From: Candidatus Omnitrophota bacterium | GTDB taxonomy: Bacteria; Omnitrophota; Gorgyraeia; Tantalellales; Tantalellaceae | Direction: 5' to 3' | NCBI GenBank assembly: GCA_049642065.1 | Contig: JBAROK010000047.1 | Coordinates: 15,143 to 79,142, forward strand | DNA length: 64,000 nucleotides | In this document: positions 28,526-39,113 of the stretch, piece after piece | Layout of the letters: each line of letters begins with the position of its first letter | How positions within the stretch are numbered: the stretch's first letter is position 1 | The notes under the pieces: generated by a model | What the model saw: the letters and a program-made list of their open reading frames with translations, nothing else | What the model was told of the DNA's origin: nothing | Database searches by the model: none | Translations under genes and position numbers: made by a program

Positions 28526-31500
28526 ATGACTGATACGCATTCTGATTTTGTACATTTGCACGTTCATACCCAATTCAGCCTTCTTGACGGCGCGTGCCGT
28601 CATGACGAGCTTCTTGATCTTGCCAAAGAATATAATATGCCCGCTTGCGCTATTACCGATCATGGCAACATGTTCGGAGCGATAGAATTCTATAAAAAAG
28701 CCCAAAAAAGAGGTATTAAACCTATCATAGGGTGTGAAGTTTACGTCGCTCCTGAAAGCCGGTTTGATAAGACCAGTCACGGTATACAGGGGGCTTATCA
28801 CCTAGTGCTTCTTGTTAAGAACATGACCGGTTACAAGAACTTGATGGAACTGGTCTCTATAGGGTACCTTGAAGGATTCTATTACAGGCCCAGGGTAGAT
28901 AAAGAAGTGCTTGCGCGACACAATAAAGGACTTATAGCGTTATCTGCCTGCCTTGGCGGAGAAGTACCGCATTTTCTACTCTCTGATCAGTGGGAGCAGG
29001 CAAAAAAATCCGCATCAGAATACGCGGAAATATTTGGCGAAGATAATTTCTATCTGGAAGTACAGGATAACCAGCTTGAAGAACAGAACAAGCTTAATAA
29101 ACAGATCATCAAGTTAGCCGAAGAGATGAACCTGCCGCTGGTAGCTACGAACGACGTGCATTATCTTGATAAGACCGACTCCAAAGCGCATGATGCGCTG
29201 CTTTGTATACAAACCCAGACCACCATCGCCGAAGAAAACCGTATGATGTTCAATACGGACCAGCTGTATTTCAAGTCTCCCGAAGAGATGAAAGAAGCTT
29301 TTTCCGGCATACCAGAAGCGGTAAAAAATACCGGCAAAATAGCTTCAAAATGTAACCTGGAACTTGATTTCAATGAACGGCACCTTCCAAAATTTACTGC
29401 GCCCGATGACCAGGATAACGATGAGTTTTTCGAAAAGCTCGTTCGCGAAGGTATCCAGAACCGTTACGGTAATGATATTACCAGCCAGATCAAAGAACGT
29501 GTCGATCACGAGATGCAGATCATCAAGGATCTCGGGTACGTGAGTTATTTTCTTATTGTATGGGATTTTATTAATCACGCTAAAGAAAAAGGCATACCTG
29601 TAGGGCCCGGAAGGGGCTCTGCAGCAGGTAGTATCGTCAGTTACGCTTTGGGTATCACGGACCTGGATCCGATAAAGTACGGGCTTATCTTTGAAAGGTT
29701 CCTGAACCCTGACAGGATAACGATGCCTGATATAGATATAGATTTCTGTTTTGAAAGGCGAAATGAGGTAATAGATTACGTTATTGAGAAATATTCCAAG
29801 GAGAATGTCGCTCAGATAATTACCTTTGGTACCATGATGGCTAAAGGTGTACTCAGGGACGTTGGCAGGGTAATGGGTATGCTTTACGCAGACGTGGATA
29901 AAATAGCGAAACTCGTACCGAACGATATCGGCATCACATTGGAGAGAGCTTTAGAGATAGAGCCGGAGCTTATGTCGAGGTACGAAGAAGATCCAATGGT
30001 AAAACAGCTTATCGATACGTCGATGCGGCTGGAAGGACTGAGCCGCCATGCCGGTAAACATGCTGCAGGTGTTGTAATATCCGATAAACCGCTTCAGAAA
30101 CGCATACCACTTTTTAAAACCTCGGATGACCAGATAACTACTGGCTATTCCATGAAATCTTTGGATGAGATTGGTCTGCTTAAAATGGACTTTCTGGGGC
30201 TTAAGACACTGACGGTCATTGACCAGACCATCAAGATCGTTAAGCGTACCAGAGAAATAGACGTGGATATTGACCGTATACCCCTGGATGACAAGGCTAC
30301 CTTTGAACTTTTATCCAAGGCTGAGACGGCCGGTGTGTTCCAGCTTGAATCAGGCGGCATGAGGGATCTATTGAGGAAATTAAGACCGGAACGGTTTGAA
30401 GACCTTATCGCGATCCTGGCACTTTACCGGCCTGGTCCCATGGGTAGCGGGATGCTTGATGACTTTATCAAAAGGAAACAGGGGCACATAGAGGTTAAGT
30501 ACGATCATCCGTCGCTTGAGCCGATACTCAAGGAAACCTACGGGATAATAGTTTTCCAGGAACAGGTAATGAACATTGTATCTACTCTTGCCGGGTTTAC
30601 GATGGCTGAAGCGGATAACGTACGTAAGGTCATGGGTAAGAAGATTCCGGAAGCGCTTTCGGCGATCAAAGATAAGTTTTTGGACGGTTCTAAGAAAAAC
30701 AAAGTCGACCCTATTACAGCTGAAAAGATATGGGACTATATCACGTATTTTGCAGGGTATGGGTTCAATAAATCGCATTCAGCGGCGTATGCGATGATCA
30801 GTTACAGGACGGCTTACCTTAAAGCTAATTTTCCTGTTGAGTTTATGACGGCACTTCTTACCAGTGAAAAAAATAATAGCGATAAGATATCTGATTATAT
30901 AAGCGAAGCGCAGAGAATGAAAACGGAGATATTGCCACCTGACGTTAACGAAAGTTTCAAGGATTTTACTGTTGTGGGAAGCGATATTAGGTTTGGGTTA
31001 TCTGCTGTTAAGAATGTGGGTTCTGGTGCCGCTGAGTCTATTATTAGTAAACGTCAGGAAGAAGGTAAGTTCGAGTCACTTTACGATTTTGCGCTTAAGA
31101 TCGATATGAAAGCAGTGAACAGGAAGGTACTGGAAAGTCTTATTAAGTGTGGCGCTTTTGATTCTATAGGCATACACAGGTCGCAGGCGATGGCTGTACT
31201 GGACAAGGTGCTGGACATGGCTTCCAATGCGAACAAGGACAGGAATCTGGGACAGATGTCGTTCTTTGACGATTCTAACGCCGATGAAAGTTTTAAAGAA
31301 AATTTTCATGATGTACCTGACATACCGGAATGGTCTGAGTACGAGCTTCTTGCTAATGAAAAGGAGATGATCGGGTTTTATATCACGAACCATCCCTTGG
31401 CTAGGTTCGAGAAGCTGCTTAACGCGTATTCTACCTGTAAGATATCTGAGCTTGCTGGGATGTCTGATGGGCAGGAGGTGCTGATAGGGGGGATAATAAA

Positions 31501-31978
31501 CAAGGTCAGGACTACTGTTACCCGGAAAAAGGCCGAGAAGATGGCAATTATAAGACTTGAGGACCTGGAGAACTTCGTAGAGGTGCTGGTGTTCCCTAAA
31601 GCATATAGAATAGCTCCCGATCTTATCAAGGAAGACAATCTTGTGTATATACACGGTAGGTTGAACCTGCGTGAAGAGGAACCTAAACTGGTGGCGGAGG
31701 ATATTATACCTTTAGAGAAGGTCAAGGAAAGGTTCACCAAGTCCGTTCTCCTCAAGCTATCCACAACGGGACTTGAAGAGCAGATGATGAAGCGGATAAG
31801 GGGCATTATCAAGAAATTCAAGGGTAAAGTGCCAATATACATAGATATTATCGCGCCAACAGGGCGAAAAATACGCCTCGCTACGGATAAAACGCTGCTT
31901 GTTAACCCTACGGGAGACCTGATCTCTGAGCTGGAAGAGCTGGTCGGATCGGGGAATATTAAGTTTCTTACCAAGTAA
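28526..31978 (+). CDS. dnaE: DNA polymerase III subunit alpha
   Basis: N-terminal PHP (FVHLHVHTQFSLLDG), polymerase core, OB-fold; 1150 aa. Confidence 0.95.
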   Translation: MTDTHSDFVHLHVHTQFSLLDGACRHDELLDLAKEYNMPACAITDHGNMFGAIEFYKKAQKRGIKPIIGCEVYVAPESRFDKTSHGIQGAYHLVLLVKNMTGYKNLMELVSIGYLEGFYYRPRVDKEVLARHNKGLIALSACLGGEVPHFLLSDQWEQAKKSASEYAEIFGEDNFYLEVQDNQLEEQNKLNKQIIKLAEEMNLPLVATNDVHYLDKTDSKAHDALLCIQTQTTIAEENRMMFNTDQLYFKSPEEMKEAFSGIPEAVKNTGKIASKCNLELDFNERHLPKFTAPDDQDNDEFFEKLVREGIQNRYGNDITSQIKERVDHEMQIIKDLGYVSYFLIVWDFINHAKEKGIPVGPGRGSAAGSIVSYALGITDLDPIKYGLIFERFLNPDRITMPDIDIDFCFERRNEVIDYVIEKYSKENVAQIITFGTMMAKGVLRDVGRVMGMLYADVDKIAKLVPNDIGITLERALEIEPELMSRYEEDPMVKQLIDTSMRLEGLSRHAGKHAAGVVISDKPLQKRIPLFKTSDDQITTGYSMKSLDEIGLLKMDFLGLKTLTVIDQTIKIVKRTREIDVDIDRIPLDDKATFELLSKAETAGVFQLESGGMRDLLRKLRPERFEDLIAILALYRPGPMGSGMLDDFIKRKQGHIEVKYDHPSLEPILKETYGIIVFQEQVMNIVSTLAGFTMAEADNVRKVMGKKIPEALSAIKDKFLDGSKKNKVDPITAEKIWDYITYFAGYGFNKSHSAAYAMISYRTAYLKANFPVEFMTALLTSEKNNSDKISDYISEAQRMKTEILPPDVNESFKDFTVVGSDIRFGLSAVKNVGSGAAESIISKRQEEGKFESLYDFALKIDMKAVNRKVLESLIKCGAFDSIGIHRSQAMAVLDKVLDMASNANKDRNLGQMSFFDDSNADESFKENFHDVPDIPEWSEYELLANEKEMIGFYITNHPLARFEKLLNAYSTCKISELAGMSDGQEVLIGGIINKVRTTVTRKKAEKMAIIRLEDLENFVEVLVFPKAYRIAPDLIKEDNLVYIHGRLNLREEEPKLVAEDIIPLEKVKERFTKSVLLKLSTTGLEEQMMKRIRGIIKKFKGKVPIYIDIIAPTGRKIRLATDKTLLVNPTGDLISELEELVGSGNIKFLTK

Positions 31979-32011
31979 GATAGCCCCTATATAATAATCA
32001 CTATTATATCG

Positions 32012-32040
32012 TTGACATCTGACATAACCCATGATAACAT
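32012..32040 (+). promoter_or_regulatory. Sigma-70-like promoter TTGACA-N17-TAACAT ahead of HU gene
   Basis: Hexamers read directly. Confidence 0.35.
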
Positions 32041-32113
32041 AACCACTTCTGAGAGCAATAGACTTTTCTTATTTAATGATATAGATCATAATAAAATAGA
32101 AGGAGGAAGATAA

Positions 32114-32419
32114 ATGACTAAGAAAGATATCATCATGAAGATAGCAGACGAGACCAAGCTGAAACAGGTAGAGGTCAAGGATGTTGTCCAGCGCACTTTT
32201 GATATGATAATCGATAGCCTGCGCGAAGGTGACAAGGTGGAACTCAGGAATTTCGGTATTTTCAAGGTAAAGACCCGTAAAGGGAGACTGGGCAGGAACC
32301 CCAGGACGGGTGACAGCGTTTCAATACCCGACAAGAAAGTAGTGTCTTTTAAACCGGGTATGAAGATGAAGATAGACGTTGAGGGTGCCGATCCAAGTAC
32401 TCTTACACAGGACGTTTAA
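32114..32419 (+). CDS. HU/IHF-family DNA-binding protein
   Basis: LRNFGIFKVKTRKGRLGRNPRTGDSVSIPDKKVVSFKPG beta-arm signature. Confidence 0.85.
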   Translation: MTKKDIIMKIADETKLKQVEVKDVVQRTFDMIIDSLREGDKVELRNFGIFKVKTRKGRLGRNPRTGDSVSIPDKKVVSFKPGMKMKIDVEGADPSTLTQDV

Positions 32420-32463
32420 GGAAATCCTTAAGTCACAAGTCTTATAAGTCACAAAGGACTATC

Positions 32464-33720
32464 GTGGGGAACACGCCCAAATACAAAGCATTGAGGGGTA
32501 TGCCTGATACTCTTCCGGAGGACGCGGTTGTAACGCGTTGGCTGGAAGATAAGGCGAGGGAAGTTTTTAGTACCTTCGGATACGGTGAGATCCGCACTCC
32601 ACTTCTGGAGGAGACGGAAGTCTTTACCCGCAGTATAGGTGAAGATACGGATATAGTCGAGAAAGAGATGTATTCCTTTACCGACAGGGGAGGTAAGAAC
32701 ATCTCTCTCAGGCCCGAAGGCACCGCTTCCATTATACGGGCTTATATAGAGCACGGTTGGTATAATACCGCTGGGCTTGTCAGGTTATATTATGCGGGGC
32801 CCATGTTCCGTGGAGAACGTCCCCAAAAAGGCAGGCTCAGGCAGTTCCACCAGATCGGTGCAGAGATAATAGGTGGTTCGGATCCCTACATAGACGCTGA
32901 ACTTATTTTCAGCCTCAAGATGCTACTCGAGAGGCTGGGGATCAAAGACTTCACTATACTTATAAATTCACTCGGATGTTCCAAAGACCGTGCCGGTTAC
33001 ATGAAGGCTCTTGCGGTTTATCTGGCTAAAAAAAGTTTCGATCTTTGTGATAACTGTAAGAGAAGAGCTAAGACTAACGTCTTACGTGTTCTTGATTGCA
33101 AAAGTAAAGGCTGTAAAGCTATAGTTAAGGACGCTCCTGCCATACTCGGATATCTTTGCAAAAGCTGCCTGAAATATTACGAAGACCTTAAAGGGATACT
33201 TAAGGATATGGGTATACCCTTCAAGGAAAAAAGCGATCTTGTAAGAGGCTTGGATTATTATACGGGTACTATATTTGAAGTTATACATCCGGCTCTGGGC
33301 GCACAGGACGCGATAGCTGCAGGCGGCAGGTATGACGAGCTTACGGAACAGATGGGTGGGCCTGACGTGGGTGCGACGGGTTATGCTATAGGTGTTGAAC
33401 GGCTTCTTCTTGCGGTTGACAAAAAGAACATGCCGCTGGATCCTCCGGGAGTGCTTGTGATACCGGTGGAAGAAGAGTATTTTAAGAACGCTTTTGGGGT
33501 AGCCAACGATCTGCGGGCAAAAGGGGTTTCTGCCGATATAGATCTTACGGGAAGGTCCCTTAAGGGACAGATGCGCAAGGCCGGGAAAGAAGCCAGAAAA
33601 TTCGTTATATTGATAGGTGAAGACGAGATTAAAGGCGGTAATGTGCTCTTGAAGAACATGGAAGACGGTACGCAAGAAACGGTGACATTCGAAGAGGCGA
33701 TGAAAAAACTGAAAGGGTAG
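32464..33720 (+). CDS. hisS: Histidine--tRNA ligase (GTG start) with Cys-rich insertion
   Basis: Class II motifs (FRGERPQKGRLRQFHQIG, GGGRYDEL), C-terminal anticodon-binding domain; ~70-aa segment carrying CDNC..CKSKGC..CKSC. Confidence 0.9.
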   Translation: MGNTPKYKALRGMPDTLPEDAVVTRWLEDKAREVFSTFGYGEIRTPLLEETEVFTRSIGEDTDIVEKEMYSFTDRGGKNISLRPEGTASIIRAYIEHGWYNTAGLVRLYYAGPMFRGERPQKGRLRQFHQIGAEIIGGSDPYIDAELIFSLKMLLERLGIKDFTILINSLGCSKDRAGYMKALAVYLAKKSFDLCDNCKRRAKTNVLRVLDCKSKGCKAIVKDAPAILGYLCKSCLKYYEDLKGILKDMGIPFKEKSDLVRGLDYYTGTIFEVIHPALGAQDAIAAGGRYDELTEQMGGPDVGATGYAIGVERLLLAVDKKNMPLDPPGVLVIPVEEEYFKNAFGVANDLRAKGVSADIDLTGRSLKGQMRKAGKEARKFVILIGEDEIKGGNVLLKNMEDGTQETVTFEEAMKKLKG

Positions 33721-33721
33721 A

Positions 33722-35500
33722 ATGATACGCACACACGATTGTGGAGAACTTACAGCTAAAGATACGGACAAGGAAGTCACGCTTTGCGGATGGGTAGCAT
33801 CACGCAGGGATCATGGCGAGATCATATTCATGGATCTCAGAGATAAGCATGGCATAACACAGATCGTTTTTGATCCCGAAAAGAGTAGAGAAGTCCATGA
33901 AAAGGCGCACGAGCTCAGAAGCGAATATTGTGTGAAAATAACGGGTAAAGTTTCTCCGCGGCCTGAAGGTACAGTTAACCCGAAGATCCCTACAGGGGAG
34001 ATAGAAGTAGACGTTGAAAATATAGATGTGCTTTCAGAATCGGATACGCCACCGTTCGAGATAAAAGACGATCTTGAGGTGGCCGAAGAAACTCGTCTTA
34101 AATACAGATACCTCGACTTAAGGCGCGCTCCCATGCAGGAGAAACTAAAAATAAAACATAAACTTTACCAGTTCATAACCAATTTTCTTGACGGGGAAGG
34201 GTTCTTGTCGGTAGAGACGCCCATGCTCACCAAATCTACGCCTGAAGGTGCACGTGATTATCTTGTGCCTGCCAGGGCGCAAGAAGGAAGTTTTTACGCT
34301 CTCCCGCAGTCGCCGCAGATATTCAAGCAGCTTCTGATGGTAGCGGGCATAGAAAAATATTTTCAGATAGTACGCTGTTTCCGTGATGAGGATCTCAGGG
34401 CGGACAGGCAGCCTGAGTTTACGCAGCTTGATATGGAGATGTCGTTTGTCGAGCAGGACGATATATTCGAAGTCTGCGAAAAACTTTTTAAGGGTATGTT
34501 CTCGGAGGTCATGAACGTTGATATCAAGATACCTTTTGAAAGGGTGAATTATTACGACGTTATGAACCGTTACGGTAGCGATAAACCCGACAGAAGGTTT
34601 GAGGTTTTTCTGCATGACCTTACAAAAGATGTAGAGAACTGCGATTTTAAAGTGTTTAAAAGTGTGGTATCTTCAGGCGGCAGGGTGATGGCTTTGGCTG
34701 CACCGGGTTATGCTGATATCAGCCGCAAAGATATAGACGACCTTACGGCTTTTGTTAGTGAGTATGGCGCCAAAGGGTTAGCTTATTTTAAAGTGGAAGA
34801 AAACGGGTTAACTTCACCAATCACAAAGTTCTTCAAGCCGGAAGAGATGGAACTTATTCGCCAGAAAACAGGAGCTAAGACAGGCGACATGATATTCATG
34901 GTTGCTGATTCTGAAGGGGTAGTATGGGATTCACTCGGAGCGTTGCGGTTAAAAATAGGTAAGGTCAAGGGCCTTATAGATCAGAACAAATTTGATTTTC
35001 TCTGGGTAGTGGATTTCCCGCTTTTTAAGTTCAATAAGGATGAGAAAAGGTGGGTATCAGAACATCATCCGTTCACTTCTTTCAGGGAAGAGGATATACC
35101 TCTAATGGATAAGGGAGAGATGGGTAAAGTGAGGTCGCTATCTTATGACCTTGTTCTTAACGGTAGCGAGATAGGTTCCGGTAGCATAAGGATACACAAA
35201 AAAGATGTTCAGAAAAAGATATTTGAAGTTCTGGGTCTTACTGATGAGGAATGCGATAAAAAGTTCGGGTTCCTTTTAGAAGCGTTTCGCTACGGGCCGC
35301 CACCGCATGGAGGCATTGCTTTCGGTATGGACCGGCTGGTTACGCTTTTTACTAAAGATTCTTCTATACGGGAAGTCATACCGTTCCCTAAGACCCAGAA
35401 AGGCGTATGTCCGCTTACTGGCGCGCCGTCCTATGTTGACGATAAGCAGCTGCGTGAACTGGGTATAAAACATACCGTAAAAGCCAAAAAGGAAAAGTAG
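33722..35500 (+). CDS. aspS: Aspartate--tRNA ligase
   Basis: MIRTHDCGEL N-terminus, OB fold, class II motifs (FRDEDLRADRQPEFTQLD, GGIAFGMDRL), bacterial-type insertion domain; 592 aa. Confidence 0.9.
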   Translation: MIRTHDCGELTAKDTDKEVTLCGWVASRRDHGEIIFMDLRDKHGITQIVFDPEKSREVHEKAHELRSEYCVKITGKVSPRPEGTVNPKIPTGEIEVDVENIDVLSESDTPPFEIKDDLEVAEETRLKYRYLDLRRAPMQEKLKIKHKLYQFITNFLDGEGFLSVETPMLTKSTPEGARDYLVPARAQEGSFYALPQSPQIFKQLLMVAGIEKYFQIVRCFRDEDLRADRQPEFTQLDMEMSFVEQDDIFEVCEKLFKGMFSEVMNVDIKIPFERVNYYDVMNRYGSDKPDRRFEVFLHDLTKDVENCDFKVFKSVVSSGGRVMALAAPGYADISRKDIDDLTAFVSEYGAKGLAYFKVEENGLTSPITKFFKPEEMELIRQKTGAKTGDMIFMVADSEGVVWDSLGALRLKIGKVKGLIDQNKFDFLWVVDFPLFKFNKDEKRWVSEHHPFTSFREEDIPLMDKGEMGKVRSLSYDLVLNGSEIGSGSIRIHKKDVQKKIFEVLGLTDEECDKKFGFLLEAFRYGPPPHGGIAFGMDRLVTLFTKDSSIREVIPFPKTQKGVCPLTGAPSYVDDKQLRELGIKHTVKAKKEK

Positions 35501-35528
35501 TTTTAGAGTTTTGCACAAGGAGGTTAGG

Positions 35529-35885
35529 ATGAGGAAGATATTCAGTTTAGTGATAGTTATTTGTTTTGTCATGTCACTTTTTGCTGTGATAAAAGCTGAT
35601 GCAATTGATGTTTATACTTTCAAGAAGGATAGGGTGGACCAGAACCTTGACGGTAACCGAGGGTATCTCGCGGGCAAACCGAAGGATATGACCGGCGGTG
35701 ACAGGAACATTAAACGCACGCTGATAGGCGTGGATATAGAATTGCCAGCAGGGTCCTCTTCCTCAGACGACGAAGAAGAGCCGGAAAAGACTTCTAAATC
35801 AGTTTCAAAGAAAAAAGAGCCGGTGAAAAAAAGTAAGCCCTCAACCGTTGTGGGCGATGAATCGGAAGAAGCTTGGATCAAATAG
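35529..35885 (+). CDS. Hypothetical secreted protein, acidic/Lys-rich C-terminus
   Basis: Signal peptide MRKIFSLVIVICFVMSLFAVIKA; RBS AAGGAGG; no family recognised. Confidence 0.4.
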   Translation: MRKIFSLVIVICFVMSLFAVIKADAIDVYTFKKDRVDQNLDGNRGYLAGKPKDMTGGDRNIKRTLIGVDIELPAGSSSSDDEEEPEKTSKSVSKKKEPVKKSKPSTVVGDESEEAWIK

Positions 35886-35902
35886 TTTTAAGGTAACTAA
35901 GC

Positions 35903-36862
35903 ATGGCAGAAAGAACGATACGACTTACCGATGATTCCGAAGCTAGGATGCTTTTCGGTAAGCATGATGAGAACCTCAGGAAAATAGAGAAGGCTTTTGG
36001 CGTTACCACGTCGTTTCGTAACGGTGATCTTAAAATATCGGCCGATGATGAGTCGGCGCTTGATGAGACGGCTAAGATCGTGGACGAATTTTTAGTTGTC
36101 ATCAGAAAAGGCGGACATCTTTCAGATAGAGACATAGATTACGCGATTAAGAACCCGAAAATTGCGATACATTTAGACGATATTTTTCTCGACAGGATAC
36201 AGGTCAGTTCGAAAAGGGCCTATATCACGCCGAGAAGCGCGGGGCAGAAACGCTATATCGATGCTATTCGCAAACACGATATAGTTTTCGGAATAGGCCC
36301 GGCCGGTACGGGAAAAACGTATCTTGCAATGGCGATGGCCGTTAACGCTTTAAAGAAGAATCTGGTATCGAGGATAATACTTACAAGACCCGCGGTTGAA
36401 GCGGGCGAGAACCTGGGTTTTTTGCCGGGCGACTTGTATGAAAAAGTCAACCCGTATCTGAGGCCTTTGTACGATGCTCTTTATGATATGGTCGAACCGC
36501 ACATGATAAAAGATTATCTGGACAGGGGAGTTATCGAGGTAGCGCCGCTCGCTTTCATGAGGGGCAGGACTCTTAACGATTCGTTCATAATAATGGACGA
36601 AGCTCAGAACTCCACTCAGGAACAGATGAAAATGTTTCTCACGCGTCTCGGGTTCGATTCAAAAACGGTAATAACCGGAGATGTTACGCAAAGCGACCTG
36701 CCTAAAGGCAGAAGCTCGGGCCTTATACACGCGAAGTCGCTTTTGGAAAAAATAGAAGGGATCAAGTTCGTCCTGCTTAAAGGTGAAGACGTTGTAAGAC
36801 ACGAACTTGTGCAGAAGATCATAAAAGTATACAGAGACAAAGTCGAAACTGAACATGAATAA
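35903..36862 (+). CDS. phoH: PhoH-like ATPase
   Basis: Walker A GPAGTGKTYLAMAMAV, PhoH family layout. Confidence 0.85.
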   Translation: MAERTIRLTDDSEARMLFGKHDENLRKIEKAFGVTTSFRNGDLKISADDESALDETAKIVDEFLVVIRKGGHLSDRDIDYAIKNPKIAIHLDDIFLDRIQVSSKRAYITPRSAGQKRYIDAIRKHDIVFGIGPAGTGKTYLAMAMAVNALKKNLVSRIILTRPAVEAGENLGFLPGDLYEKVNPYLRPLYDALYDMVEPHMIKDYLDRGVIEVAPLAFMRGRTLNDSFIIMDEAQNSTQEQMKMFLTRLGFDSKTVITGDVTQSDLPKGRSSGLIHAKSLLEKIEGIKFVLLKGEDVVRHELVQKIIKVYRDKVETEHE

Positions 36863-39113
36863 ATTATTATTTGGCGCTAAAAGTTTTAACGAGCTTTTCA
36901 AACGCAGAGAGATCAGTTCAATCCTCTTGATAGTGGCATTTTTTGCCATAACACTGGCCAGTATGTTCGTCAGTCCTCAGCTTTCTCATTGGAAGATAAA
37001 CGAGGGTGACATTGCGCTTAAGGCTAGGTACGCGCCATACGATTTCATTTATTACTGGGAAGTCGATGAAGAGAGCACAGAGAACGCCAGAAAAAAAGCG
37101 GCTAAAGAAGAACCTTTTGTCATGGAACGAGATCTTGTCCTTGAAGAGAAGATAAGGACAGAAATTGATGATCTTTTTGGGGCGTTTGAAGAGGAAAAAC
37201 AGGAAGAGATGCCACTGAACGAAAAGGTCATTGCGCTTAAAGAAAGGCTCGGCGACAAGATAACAGAGAAGAATATCAGGATTTTTCTGGAATATCCGAA
37301 CATACAGCAGCTGAGAGATAAGACAATAGACGTACTCGATACTATATTCCTTACTGTGTACATTGATGAAGATGACGCTCTTTATCTTAAGTGCGAGGAA
37401 GCGGAGAAGGTATCGATCTTAAATAAAGCGACCGGGAAGGAGATACAGAGAAACACGTCGGATCTTATCGTCAAAGGTAAACTCGCAAAAGGGGTAGAGG
37501 AATGCGCTACTCAACAGTTTCCCGGAGACCGCAAAACACGGCAGGCAGTTGCATCTATAGTAACTTCATATCTTGTCCCTAACGTTAAGCTTGACCTGAA
37601 AAAAACAGAACTGCGTAAAGAAGAAGCACGTAAAGCCGTTAAACCTGTGTACCGCAGCTGGGAAGTAAAAAAGAACGAGCTTATCATTGAAAAGGGCGAA
37701 AGAGCGGATGCGCGTCATATCGCTCAGATATCCCAGATCAGGAGCGTCTTCAGACAGGGTACTACCCCGAAGTTCTTCCTGGGAGTACTGCTGCTTTTTG
37801 CGCTTTTGGGCATGATAGCTGTTATTCACGCGCATTTTACGCTTAAGATGGATTTTTTGAAGAAGACCAAAGAAGTTGCGATAATCCTCCTCACCATATT
37901 CTTCATGATAATAGTAGCGGACGTTATTATGAGGTCGCCTCAGCCAAGTTACTTCATACCTTTGGCGAGTATGGGTATGATAATAACGTTACTTGTAGGG
38001 TTCAATGTAGCGTTTCTTTTTGTTGTGCTCGTGAGTATCCTTATATCTATGCTTATCGGGGGTAAGATCGAGGTAACGCTGGTACTTTTGGTGGGTAGCA
38101 TTGTGGGTATGGCCGCTGTTAAAGGTTCCCGCAGGAGAGGGCAGATTCTCTGGGCGGGACTGTTGGTAGGACTAGCCAAGTTTTTGGCTATTTCGTGCAT
38201 AGGGCTTATAAACGGGATGGATCTGGATTTTTTCCTCAGAGAAGGTATGTGGGGTATTGCCAGCGGTATACTTTCCGGGTTCATAGTCATGGGTCTTTTG
38301 CCGGTATTTGAGCATCTTTTCAAGGTGCCAACGAACATCAGTCTTTTGGAGTTGTCGGATCTTAACCATCCGCTTTTAAAACGCCTGGCTATGGAAGCGC
38401 CGGGAACCTACCATCATTCGATCATGGTAGGTAACCTTGCCGAAGCAGCCTGTGATGCTATCGGCGCCAACAGCCTTTTGGCAAGAGTAGGCTCTTATTA
38501 TCACGATATCGGCAAGATATCCAAAGCGGAGTATTTCAGTGAGAACGAGATGGGTGCAGGTTCAAAACATTCTAATCTTGCGCCTTCTATGAGCGCTCTT
38601 ATCATAGCTAAACACGTTAAAGAAGGCATAGAGATAGCTAAACAGCACAAACTTAACAAGACCATAATAGATTTTATACGTCAGCATCACGGTGACAGTC
38701 TTATAGCGTATTTCTATCAGAAAGCTATAGAGAAGTCAGAGAACGGAAAGGTTTTACGGGAAGAGGATTTCAGATATCCCGGTCCCAGACCGCAGACCAA
38801 AGAAAGCGCTATAGTGCTTTTAGCAGATTCGGTAGAAGCTTCCAGCAGGTCGCTTGAAGAGCCGACTCCCGCAAGTATCAAGAACCTTGTGAGGAAGATT
38901 ATAAACAACAAGTTCATTGACGGGCAGCTTGATGAATGCGACCTGACGCTTAAAGATATGCACGAGATCGCGGACAGTTTCGTAAGGGTCCTTATGGGCA
39001 TTTTTCATACTAGGCTTAACTATCCGGAACCATCGAAAAAACAACTTAATGGGGCACCGTCGGATGACAATAAGAATAAACAGCGAAAACCGAAACAAAA
39101 AAAGAAAGATTGA
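36855..39113 (+). CDS. 7TM-receptor HD-domain phosphohydrolase (7TMR-HDED/YqfF-like)
   Basis: Extracellular N-region, 7 TM helices, C-terminal HD domain (YHHSIMVGNLAE...HHGDS); conserved partner of phoH/ybeY. Confidence 0.8.
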   Translation: MNKLLFGAKSFNELFKRREISSILLIVAFFAITLASMFVSPQLSHWKINEGDIALKARYAPYDFIYYWEVDEESTENARKKAAKEEPFVMERDLVLEEKIRTEIDDLFGAFEEEKQEEMPLNEKVIALKERLGDKITEKNIRIFLEYPNIQQLRDKTIDVLDTIFLTVYIDEDDALYLKCEEAEKVSILNKATGKEIQRNTSDLIVKGKLAKGVEECATQQFPGDRKTRQAVASIVTSYLVPNVKLDLKKTELRKEEARKAVKPVYRSWEVKKNELIIEKGERADARHIAQISQIRSVFRQGTTPKFFLGVLLLFALLGMIAVIHAHFTLKMDFLKKTKEVAIILLTIFFMIIVADVIMRSPQPSYFIPLASMGMIITLLVGFNVAFLFVVLVSILISMLIGGKIEVTLVLLVGSIVGMAAVKGSRRRGQILWAGLLVGLAKFLAISCIGLINGMDLDFFLREGMWGIASGILSGFIVMGLLPVFEHLFKVPTNISLLELSDLNHPLLKRLAMEAPGTYHHSIMVGNLAEAACDAIGANSLLARVGSYYHDIGKISKAEYFSENEMGAGSKHSNLAPSMSALIIAKHVKEGIEIAKQHKLNKTIIDFIRQHHGDSLIAYFYQKAIEKSENGKVLREEDFRYPGPRPQTKESAIVLLADSVEASSRSLEEPTPASIKNLVRKIINNKFIDGQLDECDLTLKDMHEIADSFVRVLMGIFHTRLNYPEPSKKQLNGAPSDDNKNKQRKPKQKKKD

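Noticed and set aside
31076-31974. Two overlapping minus-strand ORFs (192 and 198 aa)
   Set aside because: Antisense within dnaE. Their composition is Ser/Ile-rich and they are spurious.
33082-33780. 232-aa minus-strand ORF
   Set aside because: Antisense to hisS and the aspS start. It has no recognisable domain.
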